Of a stretch of DNA of 64,000 bases, positions 1 to 8,918 are shown piece after piece (the stretch's first letter is position 1; each line of letters opens with the position of its first letter). Under the pieces are notes generated by a model. That model was not told the origin of the DNA, ran no database searches, and was given only the letters and a program-made list of their open reading frames with translations. The position numbers and the translations under genes are program-made. The stretch spans positions 1-64,000 of the IMG/VR virus record IMGVR_UViG_3300043409_002154. One strand, 5' to 3'. Origin of the DNA: a virus.

Positions 1-290
1 CATCTGTACCGCTAGTTCCTGAAGTTCCACTTGTTCCTGAAGTTCCATCTGTACCGCTAGTTCCTGAAGTTCCGTCTGTACCGCTAGTTCCTGAAGTTCC
101 ACTTGTTCCTGAAGTACCATCTGTACCGCTAGTACCTGAAGTACCACTTGTTCCTGAAGTACCATCAGTACCTGAAGTTCCTGAAGTTCCATCTGTACCA
201 CTTGTTCCTGAAGTACCATCTGTACCGCTAGTACCATCTGTACCGCTTGTTCCTGAAGTTCCGCTTGTTCCTGAGGTACCTGAAGTACCG
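1..290 (-). repeat. 9-nt-period coding repeat (GTS/GTD triplets)
   Basis: Tandem cctgaagtt/ccatctgta/ccgctagtt units. Confidence 0.95.
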
Positions 291-604
291 GCAATAACCC
301 AATTTGTTCCATCACTTGTTACTTGAATACTAGCTAAATTAGTAAGAGTTTGAGTACTAATACCATCAATAGTTTGTCCTCCAGTTGTGTTTACAGTTAT
401 AGAACCGTTACCTGAGTTTTTAATTATATATGATTTACCTTTAATACCTGATGCGGTAGGTAAGGTAATATTGAAAGTTCCACCTGTTGCTTCGACAAAA
501 TAATCGTTTATGCCAATAGTATATCCGTTAGATACTTGAGTTAACGGGAAAGTAGCCCCGCCTAAGGAAATTATACCCGACCTTACAACTAATTCATTTG
601 CCAT
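1..604 (-). CDS. Partial fibre-like protein: ~105-aa N-terminal domain followed by a (Gly-Thr-Ser/Asp)n repeat; runs off the left edge
   Basis: Not in the ORF track. ATG at 604, hand-translated MANELVVRSGIISLGGATFPLTQV...FNITLPTASGIKGKSYIIKNSGNGSITV...DGTNWVIAGTSGTSGTS, open to the window edge. TATTTAT motif upstream at 646-652. Confidence 0.85.
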   Translation of the reverse strand, partial: MANELVVRSGIISLGGATFPLTQVSNGYTIGINDYFVEATGGTFNITLPTASGIKGKSYIIKNSGNGSITVNTTGGQTIDGISTQTLTNLASIQVTSDGTNWVIAGTSGTSGTSGTSGTSGTDGTSGTDGTSGTSGTDGTSGTSGTDGTSGTSGTSGTSGTDGTSGTSGTSGTSGTDGTSGTSGTDGTSGTSGTSGTSGTD

Positions 605-687
605 GTTAAATTTTTTTTATTTTTTTTATTTTTTTTTATTCTATAATAAATATCACTTTATTTTAAAAATCACACTAAGGTTTGTTA

Positions 688-3600
688 TTAAAATATTATT
701 CTTGTACCACCAATTACATCCCACGTTCCTGATGAAATTTCAACAGTCAATGTTACGTTAGTTCCGTCATTACTTACTAAAAACTTAATACTATCTGTTT
801 TTCCACCAATATCAGGTGTTGATAAATCGGTTAATGTTGCTAATGTTGAATTCCATATAACTATAACAGTCCCCGCTCTTGAGTTTTGTGAATCGTTGTA
901 TACAACATAATCAAATTGTAAACTTCTACCTGATACAACAAAAACTTGTTCTATTATATGAGAACCTGTTGTTAATGAAGGACTTTGAGCAGATTGAATA
1001 TACTCATTACCTAATTGGTAAGTATCACCAGTTATCGATAATGTTGTACCATCAAAAGTTAAGTTTTCTTGAGCAATTGCGGAATTTGTAGACGAACCTG
1101 ACGCGGTTAACATTCTATAATCGGCAGGGGTTGAAATTGTATTAAATCCCGTTCCTGAAGTACCTGAAGTTCCACTTGTTCCTGAAGTTCCATCTGTACC
1201 TGAAGTTCCACTTGTTCCGTCTGTACCTGAAGTCCCTGAAGTTCCGTCTGTACCTGAAGTTCCACTTGTTCCGTCTGTACCTGAAGTTCCTGAAGTTCCA
1301 TCTGTACCTGAAGTTCCACTTGTTCCGTCTGTACCAGAAGTTCCTGAAGTTCCATCTGTACCGCTAGTTCCTGAAGTTCCACTTGTTCCGTCTGTACCTG
1401 AAGTTCCACTTGTTCCATCTGTACCTGAAGTTCCTGAAGTACCATCTGTACCTGAAGTTCCTGAAGTGCCATCTGTACCTGAAGTTCCACTTGTTCCTGA
1501 AGTTCCACTTGTTCCGTCTGTACCTGAAGTTCCTGAAGTACCATCTGTTCCTGAAGTTCCACTTGTTCCGTCTGTACCAGAAGTTCCTGAAGTGCCATCT
1601 GTACCTGAAGTTCCACTTGTTCCTGAAGTTCCACTTGTTCCGTCTGTACCTGAAGTTCCTGAAGTACCATCTGTTCCTGAAGTTCCACTTGTTCCGTCTG
1701 TACCAGAAGTTCCTGAAGTTCCATCTGTACCGCTAGTTCCTGAAGTTCCACTTGTTCCGTCTGTACCATTTACACCTGAAAGTCCTGAAGTACCGCTAGT
1801 TCCTGAAGTGCCATCTGTACCGCTAGTTCCTGAAGTTCCGTCTGTACCGCTTGTTCCATCCGTACCACTTGTTCCTGAAGTACCATCAGTACCTGAAGTT
1901 CCACTTGTACCATCTGTACCGCTAGTTCCTGAAGTTCCACTTGTTCCTGAAGTACCATCTGTACCGCTAGTTCCTGAAGTTCCGTCTGTACCGCTTGTTC
2001 CTGAAGTACCATCAGTACCTGAAGTTCCACTTGTTCCATCCGTACCGCTAGTTCCTGAAGTTCCATCCGTACCGCTAGTTCCTGAAGTTCCACTTGTTCC
2101 ATCCGTACCGCTAGTTCCTGAAGTACCATCTGTACCGCTAGTTCCTGAAGTTCCGTCTGTACCGCTTGTTCCTGAAGTACCATCAGTACCTGAAGTTCCA
2201 CTTGTTCCATCCGTACCGCTAGTTCCACTTGTTCCATCCGTACCGCTTGTTCCTGAAGTACCATCAGTACCTGAAGTTCCACTTGTTCCATCCGTACCGC
2301 TAGTTCCTGAAGTTCCACTTGTTCCTGAAGTACCATCTGTACCGCTAGTTCCTGAAGTTCCGTCTGTACCGCTTGTTCCTGAAGTACCATCAGTGCCTGA
2401 AGTTCCTGAAGTACCATCTGTACCACTTGTTCCATCTGTACCGCTAGTTCCTGAAGTTCCGTCTGTACCGCTAGTTCCTGAAGTTCCGTCTGTACCGCTT
2501 GTTCCTGAAGTACCATCAGTACCTGAAGTTCCACTTGTTCCATCCGTACCGCTAGTTCCTGAAGTACCGCTTGTTCCTGAAGTACCATCTGTACCTGAAG
2601 TTCCGCTAGTCCCTGAAGTACCATCTGTACCAGAAGTTCCACTTGTTCCGTCTGTACCTGAAGTTCCTGAAGTACCACTTGTTCCTGAAGTACCATCTGT
2701 ACCTGAAGTTCCTGAAGTTCCTGAAGTTCCATCCGTGCCTGAAGTTCCTGAAGTTCCACTTGTACCGTCTGTACCGCTAGTTCCTGATGTACCATCCGTA
2801 CCTGAAGTTCCACTTGTTCCATCTGTACCAGAAGTTCCTGATGTTCCACTTGTTCCGTCTGTACCGCTAGTTCCTGATGTACCATCTGTACCTGAAGTTC
2901 CTGAAGTACCATCTGTACCTGAAGTTCCTGAAGTTCCTGAAGTTCCATCCGTGCCTGAAGTTCCTGAAGTTCCGTCTGTACCTGAAGTTCCACTTGTTCC
3001 TGAAGTCCCGTCTGTACCTGAAGTTCCACTTGTTCCTGAAGTCCCGTCTGTACCAGAAGTTCCTGAAGTACCATCTGTACCGCTAGTTCCTGAAGTTCCA
3101 CTTGTTCCTGAAGTTCCACTTGTTCCTGAAGTTCCACTTGTTCCTGAAGTACCATCTGTACCAGAAGTTCCTGAAGTACCATCTGTACCGCTAGTTCCTG
3201 AAGTCCCATTTGTACCACTATTTCCATCAACACCACTTATTCCAGATGACCCTGAAGTACCATCTGTACCTGAAGTTCCTGAAGTTCCATCTGTACCACT
3301 TGTCCCTGAAGTTCCATCTGTACCGCTTGTCCCTGAAGTTCCATCTGTACCTGAAGTTCCTGATGTTCCATCTGTACCGCTAGTTCCTGATGTACCATCC
3401 GTACCTGAAGTTCCTGAAGTTCCACTTGTTCCTGAAGTTCCGTCTGTACCACTTGTACCTGATGTACCAGCAATTGCGCCAACGGAAGTTAATACAAACG
3501 AATAATATGAATTACCTTCAGTGTAATAAACAACGGAATGTACGTTTGAATCGTTATTATTTAAATATAACCTAACAATCATTCTATTTGTTGGGTCAAT

Positions 3601-6600
3601 TGTTGTTGTTGGTAAAATAATATCAACATTGACTTCAACTGGAACTATATTACTAACCCAACCAATTAAGGAAACGTTAGAGGTTATGGTTGTCCCAATA
3701 GGGGTTCCAGTAGAATCGGCTAATTGTATTTCAACATAAGCTTGAATAGTATCATTACTTGCATTTTTTAAGTAATGTATATGAAATCTTTGTACTCCAC
3801 CTGGAATAACCGAAAAACCTAACTGAGGCGTTATGTATTGTGAAACTAATTTATTTTGTTCGTCTCCTGTTAAATTAGTATTTAGTGTTTGTTGAGGACT
3901 ATTTGGCATGGTTGATAAAACTTTATAACCAGAGATATCACTATTTTGGGATTGATTGAAATAATATACTTGTCCTGCGGATATTCCATTATTACCTGAA
4001 GTTCCACTAGTTCCTGAAGTTCCAGTTGTACCGCTTGTCCCTGAAGTACCATCTGTACCACTAGTTCCTGAAGTTCCGTCTGTTCCAGACGTTCCTGAAG
4101 TACCATCTGTACCACTAGTTCCTGATGTACCATCTGTACCTGAAGTTCCGTCTGTTCCAGAAGTTCCTGAAGTACCATCTGTACCTGAAGTTCCACTTGT
4201 TCCGTCTGTACCACTAGTTCCTGAAGTTCCATCTGTACCGCTAGTTCCTGATGTACCATCTGTACCTGAAGTTCCACTTGTTCCGTCTGTACCTGAAGTT
4301 CCGTCTGTACCACTAGTTCCTGAAGTTCCATCTGTACCGCTAGTTCCTGAAGTGCCATCTGTACCGCTAGTTCCTGAAGTTCCTGTTGTACCACTTGTTC
4401 CTGATGTACCATCTGTACCGCTAGTTCCTGAAGTTCCTGTTGTACCACTAGTTCCTGAAGTTCCTGTTGTACCACTAGTTCCTGAAGTCCCATTTGTACC
4501 ACTATTTCCATCAACACCACTTATTCCAGATGACCCTGAAGTACCATCCGTACCTGAAGTTCCTGAAGTTCCACTTGTTCCCTCTGTACCGCTAGTTCCA
4601 TCTGTACCACTTGTTCCATCCGTACCAGAAGTTCCGTCTGTACCGTTAGTCCCTGATGTTCCATCTGTACCTGAAGTTCCTGATGTTCCATCTGTACCGC
4701 TAGTTCCTGAAGTACCATCTGTACCTGAAGTTCCATCTGTACCGCTAGTTCCTGAAGTTCCGTCTGTACCGCTAGTTCCTGATGTACCATCCGTACCTGA
4801 AGTTCCTGAAGTTCCACTTGTTCCGTCTGTACCGCTAGTACCTGATGTGCCATCCGTACCTGAAGTTCCTGATGTTCCATCTGTACCTGAAGTTCCTGAA
4901 GTTCCACTTGTACCTGAAGTACCTGAAGTTCCTGAAGTTCCGTCCGTACCTGAAGTTCCATCTGTGCCGCTTGTACCTGAAGTTCCGTCCGTACCTGAAG
5001 TACCATCTGTACCGCTTGTACCTGAAGTGCCAGATGTTCCTGAAGTACCACTTGTTCCATCTGTACCAGAAGTTCCTGAAGTTCCGTCAGTACCACTAGT
5101 ACCTGAAGTTCCATCCGTACCTGAAGTACCCTCTGTACCTGAAGTTCCATCTGTACCACTTGTCCCTGAAGTTCCTGAAGTTCCTGAAGTACCATCTGTG
5201 CCACTTGTTCCTGAAGTACCACTTGTTCCTGAAGTCCCACTTGTTCCTGAAGTACCACTTGTTCCTGAAGTACCAGTTGTTCCTGAAGTTCCATTTGTAC
5301 CACTATTTCCATCAACCCCACTTATTCCAGACGAACCTGAAGTTCCGTTTATACCTGAAGTTCCATCTGTACCACTAGTACCACTAGTACCCGAAGTACC
5401 TGTTGTACCTGAAGTTCCATCTGTACCACTAGTACCCGAAGTACCTGTTGTACCTGAAGTTCCATCTGAACCACTAGTACCCGAAGTACCAGAAGTCCCA
5501 TCTGTACCACTAGTACCCGAAGTTCCTGTTGTACCCGAAGTACCTGTTGTACCTGAAGTTCCATCTGTTCCTGAAGTTCCATCTGAACCACTAGTACCCG
5601 AAGTGCCTGTTGTACCTGAAGTCCCATCTGTACCACTAGTTCCTGAAGTTCCTGTTGTACCTGAAGTTCCATCTGTTCCTGAAGTTCCATCTGAACCACT
5701 TGTTCCTGAAGTACCATCTGTTCCACTTGTTCCTGAAGTTCCATCTGTTCCCGAAGTTCCATCCGTACCACTAGTCCCCGAAGTACCTGTTGTTCCGCTT
5801 GTACCCGAAGTACCTGTTGTACCGCTTGTACCTGAAGTTCCATCTGTACCTGAAGTTCCTGAAGTTCCACTTGTTCCGTCTGTACCGTTATCTCCATCAA
5901 CACCACTTATACCATCTGTACCCGAAGTTCCATCTGTACCTGAAGTTCCATCTGTACCTGAAGTACCAGAAGTTCCGGCCGTACCTCCACCACCAGTTAT
6001 AATTAAACCTATTGACCCACCACTTAAATTAACAACAGTTGCTCCTGTAACATTTATTGATGTAACACCTGTTACACTAGTAGTCCCATCTCCAACGGTA
6101 AGAGGACTTCCTCCTCCAGAAGTAAATCCTGTAATGTCAACCGTTTTATTATCAGAACTATTAAGTGTTAATGTTTGAGAACCAGTATTATAAGTTCCAC
6201 CGGTAATTGGCGCAGTAAATCCTGATATGGTAATTGTACCACCAGTATTATTATATAACTCTAAGTTTGATGTTCCTGAATAATATGTTCCTCCAGTTAT
6301 TTGAACATCACTTCCCCAAAATATTCTCCATCTAGCATTGTCTCTTGTTATACCGTTAACACCTTCAATTGTTGAGCCAGTCCACGCATTAATAAAATTT
6401 TCACCATCAGGTGTTGAATTTATAGCATAATAACCTGATTCTATGTCAACAATATCACCACTATTTAGAGCGTTTGTCCAAAGTTGGTCATAATTTGGGA
6501 TTGTGTATTGATAGACAGTTTCTGTTTCTTGAACAAAAACTTGCATACCTAACCTTCTTTTACCTGTAGATATTCCATCATTAAAGAGGTTGAGTTGATT

Positions 6601-6855
6601 AATTATTGGTAACCCACCATCACTACCGCCATAAACAAAACTAATCGGAATTGAATTTCCTGAAAATTCAATAAGACCTCCCGCAGCTAAATAAGTGTCA
6701 GGAATTGTCCAATTTAAATTTTCAAGGGTATAAACCTCCATGTAACCACCAATGGCGTTTACACTAAACGAATCGCCAAAAGTACTAGTTCTTTCAACTG
6801 ATACTGGTCCACTGATTAGTACACCTGATGTTGGATTTTTATATTCGAAACTCAT
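688..6855 (-). CDS. 2055-aa fibre/adhesin-like virion protein with two long (Gly-Thr-Ser/Asp)n tracts and three unique domains
   Basis: ORF track; unbroken G-X-Y register; unique N-terminal (~290 aa), middle (~170 aa) and C-terminal (~150 aa) domains. Virion role inferred from context. Confidence 0.85.
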   Translation of the reverse strand: MSFEYKNPTSGVLISGPVSVERTSTFGDSFSVNAIGGYMEVYTLENLNWTIPDTYLAAGGLIEFSGNSIPISFVYGGSDGGLPIINQLNLFNDGISTGKRRLGMQVFVQETETVYQYTIPNYDQLWTNALNSGDIVDIESGYYAINSTPDGENFINAWTGSTIEGVNGITRDNARWRIFWGSDVQITGGTYYSGTSNLELYNNTGGTITISGFTAPITGGTYNTGSQTLTLNSSDNKTVDITGFTSGGGSPLTVGDGTTSVTGVTSINVTGATVVNLSGGSIGLIITGGGGTAGTSGTSGTDGTSGTDGTSGTDGISGVDGDNGTDGTSGTSGTSGTDGTSGTSGTTGTSGTSGTTGTSGTSGTDGTSGTDGTSGTSGTDGTSGTSGSDGTSGTDGTSGTTGTSGTSGTDGTSGTTGTSGTSGSDGTSGTDGTSGTTGTSGTTGTSGTSGTDGTSGTSGTSGSDGTSGTTGTSGTSGTDGTSGTTGTSGTSGTSGTDGTSGINGTSGSSGISGVDGNSGTNGTSGTTGTSGTSGTSGTSGTSGTSGTSGTSGTDGTSGTSGTSGTSGTDGTSGTEGTSGTDGTSGTSGTDGTSGTSGTDGTSGTSGTSGTSGTSGTDGTSGTDGTSGTSGTDGTSGTDGTSGTSGTSGTSGTSGTSGTDGTSGTSGTDGTSGTSGTDGTSGTSGTSGTDGTSGTSGTDGTSGTSGTDGTSGTDGTSGTSGTDGTSGTSGTDGTSGTNGTDGTSGTDGTSGTDGTSGTEGTSGTSGTSGTDGTSGSSGISGVDGNSGTNGTSGTSGTTGTSGTSGTTGTSGTSGTDGTSGTSGTTGTSGTSGTDGTSGTSGTDGTSGTSGTDGTSGTDGTSGTSGTDGTSGTSGTDGTSGTSGTDGTSGTSGTDGTSGTSGTDGTSGTDGTSGTSGTDGTSGTSGTDGTSGTSGTDGTSGTSGTTGTSGTSGTSGNNGISAGQVYYFNQSQNSDISGYKVLSTMPNSPQQTLNTNLTGDEQNKLVSQYITPQLGFSVIPGGVQRFHIHYLKNASNDTIQAYVEIQLADSTGTPIGTTITSNVSLIGWVSNIVPVEVNVDIILPTTTIDPTNRMIVRLYLNNNDSNVHSVVYYTEGNSYYSFVLTSVGAIAGTSGTSGTDGTSGTSGTSGTSGTDGTSGTSGTDGTSGTSGTDGTSGTSGTDGTSGTSGTDGTSGTSGTDGTSGSSGISGVDGNSGTNGTSGTSGTDGTSGTSGTDGTSGTSGTSGTSGTSGTSGTSGTSGTDGTSGTSGTDGTSGTSGTSGTDGTSGTSGTSGTDGTSGTSGTDGTSGTSGTSGTDGTSGTSGTDGTSGTSGTDGTSGTSGTSGTDGTSGTSGTDGTSGTSGTDGTSGTSGTSGTDGTSGTSGTSGTDGTSGTSGTSGTSGTDGTSGTSGTDGTSGTSGTSGTDGTSGTSGTSGTSGTDGTSGTSGTDGTSGTSGTDGTSGTSGTDGTSGTSGTDGTSGTDGTSGTSGTDGTSGTSGTDGTSGTSGTDGTSGTSGTSGTSGTDGTSGTSGTDGTSGTSGTDGTSGTSGTDGTSGTSGTDGTSGTSGTDGTSGTSGTDGTSGTSGTDGTSGTSGTSGTDGTSGTSGTDGTSGTSGTDGTSGTSGTDGTSGTSGTDGTSGTSGTSGTSGTDGTSGTSGTDGTSGTSGTDGTSGTDGTSGTSGTDGTSGTSGTSGLSGVNGTDGTSGTSGTSGTDGTSGTSGTDGTSGTSGTDGTSGTSGTDGTSGTSGTSGTSGTDGTSGTSGTDGTSGTSGTDGTSGTSGTDGTSGTSGTSGTSGTDGTSGTSGTDGTSGTSGTDGTSGTSGTDGTSGTSGTSGTDGTSGTSGTDGTSGTSGTDGTSGTSGTDGTSGTSGTDGTSGTSGTDGTSGTSGTDGTSGTSGTSGTSGTGFNTISTPADYRMLTASGSSTNSAIAQENLTFDGTTLSITGDTYQLGNEYIQSAQSPSLTTGSHIIEQVFVVSGRSLQFDYVVYNDSQNSRAGTVIVIWNSTLATLTDLSTPDIGGKTDSIKFLVSNDGTNVTLTVEISSGTWDVIGGTRIIF
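1150..3470 (-). repeat. C-proximal GTS/GTD repeat block
   Basis: 9-nt-period repeats with synonymous codon variation. Confidence 0.95.
3995..5985 (-). repeat. N-proximal GTS/GTD/GTT repeat block
   Basis: 9-nt-period repeats with synonymous codon variation. Confidence 0.95.
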
Positions 6856-6909
6856 TTTTTTAGTCTATGATAAATACTTAATTTTTTATATTATTTTATT
6901 TTTTTTTAA

Positions 6910-8790
6910 TTAAATAAGTGTCCCCCCTTGAAAATAATAATCGTTCGCACCTGGAGATAATTGGAAATTAGTGTTACTAAATGAACTATATAACCTATAA
7001 GTCCCTGCTGGTATATTAGTAGACCCTGAATAATTAACTAATAAATTATAATACGATGAGGTCATAGTAACATTTGTAGAAACTGAAGACGTAGTACCAA
7101 ATTTAATTGTTGATTGTTTAAATCCACCAGTCGCTCCTGTAGAAATTAACCATACAAACCATGCACTTCCACCACTTACAGTACCGGCCGGAACTCTAGT
7201 TGTTTGAAATGCGTAAGCCACAATTGGGTTACCGTACGCGTCGTTTCCACCAGATGTTGCTGAAATATCGGCAGTAATAATTCCAGCTTCTTGTCCAGTC
7301 CATCCACTCCACGCAATCCATTTATTTAATTGAGTATCAAATGTTGCTTGTACTGTTGAAGGTGCAGTTGGAACTGTATTATATCCTTTCCAAGTTGAAG
7401 CTGGGGCAGATTGCATATATGCCGATAACGGAACTCTAACATTATTCATATCCATAAATAAATAAGCTCTTAACCCTGGTGTTGTAGGTGTTGGGGTAAC
7501 CGTAATTGTAGGAGTTATTGTAATTGTCGGTGTTATCGAACTTGTAATTGTTGGTGTAATTGACGGGGTTAACGATATTGTAGGAGTGTTTGTCGGAGTT
7601 TCAGTAGGCGTTATTGAAGGGGTCACTGATATTGTTGGAGTAATGGTTATTGTTATTGTAGGAGTTATTGTTGGCGTAATTGACGGTGTAACAGAAATTG
7701 TTGGTGTTGTTGTAGGAGTTATTGTTGGAGTAACTGTATTAGTAGGAGTAATTGTAGGAGTGATTGTCGGTGTTAACGATATTGTTGGCGTTATTGAAGT
7801 TGTAATTGTTGGCGTTATCGAAGGCGTAATTGAAGGGGTAACTGTTTTAGTTGGAGTTATTGTTGGCGTTATCGAAGGCGTAATTGACGGTGTAACAGAA
7901 ATTGTTGGAGTAATTGTTGGTGTTATTGAAGGTGTTATTGTTGGCGTTAACGATATTGTTGGAGTTATTGTTGGTGTTATTGTTGGTGTTATTGAAGGAG
8001 TAACTGTATTAGTAGGGGTTACTGTTGAAGTTATTGTTGGTGTTATTGTTGGTGTTAATGATATTGTTGGTGTTATTGTTGGAGTTATTGAAGGGGTAAC
8101 TGAAGATGTGATTGTAGGCGTTACAGTATTTGCCGGAGTATTTGTCGGAGTTTCAGTAGGAGTTTCAGTAGGGGTTATTGAAGTTGTTATTGTAGGAGTT
8201 ACAGTAGACGTAACAGTTGGTGTAATTGTTGGAGTTATCGTATTTGTAGGAGTAATGGTTGGTGTAACGGTAACTGTTTTTGTAGGAGTTACTGAAGTTG
8301 TAATTGTAGGCGTTACAGTATTTGTTGGAGTATTTGTCGGTGTTATAGTTGGGGTTAACGATATTGTTGGGGTGACTGTTGAGTTAATAGTACTTGTAGG
8401 CGTTCTAGTCACTAAACAAGGGTCATATGTTGTTGTAACACTAGGTGTTACTGTTGGAGTAGGTGTTGGAGTTTTTGTTGGGGTTGTAGTTGACGTTGGA
8501 GTCGGAGTAGGTTCAAAAACATTTAAAATATATGAACAATCACTTCTACCTGATACTCCATGTACCAATATGGTATAGACACCATAAACATCTCTTGGTG
8601 GTGTTAACAGACAAGGTTCAAAAGTGTAAGGGAGAGTAACATTTCCTAAATTTAAAACAACAGATTCTCTTGAAGGGTTAAAAATAATTTGAGCACTTTC
8701 ACCAGAGTAATTAACACTACTAATAATAATATCTTGGTCGCAAGAATTAACTAAACTTTCAAAAAGATTGTATGTTATTTGTCTAACCAC
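6910..8790 (-). CDS. Pro/Thr-rich (TPTI/TPSI)n mucin-like stalk protein with globular N- and C-terminal domains
   Basis: ORF track; ~340-aa TPT[I/V/N] repeat. The GTG start is uncertain. Confidence 0.8.
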   Translation of the reverse strand: MVRQITYNLFESLVNSCDQDIIISSVNYSGESAQIIFNPSRESVVLNLGNVTLPYTFEPCLLTPPRDVYGVYTILVHGVSGRSDCSYILNVFEPTPTPTSTTTPTKTPTPTPTVTPSVTTTYDPCLVTRTPTSTINSTVTPTISLTPTITPTNTPTNTVTPTITTSVTPTKTVTVTPTITPTNTITPTITPTVTSTVTPTITTSITPTETPTETPTNTPANTVTPTITSSVTPSITPTITPTISLTPTITPTITSTVTPTNTVTPSITPTITPTITPTISLTPTITPSITPTITPTISVTPSITPSITPTITPTKTVTPSITPSITPTITTSITPTISLTPTITPTITPTNTVTPTITPTTTPTISVTPSITPTITPTITITITPTISVTPSITPTETPTNTPTISLTPSITPTITSSITPTITITPTITVTPTPTTPGLRAYLFMDMNNVRVPLSAYMQSAPASTWKGYNTVPTAPSTVQATFDTQLNKWIAWSGWTGQEAGIITADISATSGGNDAYGNPIVAYAFQTTRVPAGTVSGGSAWFVWLISTGATGGFKQSTIKFGTTSSVSTNVTMTSSYYNLLVNYSGSTNIPAGTYRLYSSFSNTNFQLSPGANDYYFQGGTLI

Positions 8791-8918
8791 TTATATTTTA
8801 TGTAAATAAAAGAAATAGCATTATTTTGCACCTCCAATATAAATACAAGTGATAAGATTTTTATATTAGTAAGTATTAATCATTTTTAATTTTTGATTAA
8901 GATTAACCGTTATAATTA

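Noticed and set aside
611-640. Triple T-run repeat upstream of the leftmost gene
   Set aside because: Low-complexity A-rich leader, similar to other intergenic regions; no specific structure.
879-6178. Long alternative-frame ORFs (VPEVPLVP.., VQMELQEL.., LKFHLYLK..)
   Set aside because: Shadows of the 9-nt GTS repeat. They have no unique domains and end where the repeat is interrupted or ends.
1-8510. Repeats as a CRISPR array or non-coding satellite
   Set aside because: No constant repeat with unique spacers; variation is synonymous and in frame, so the repeats are coding.
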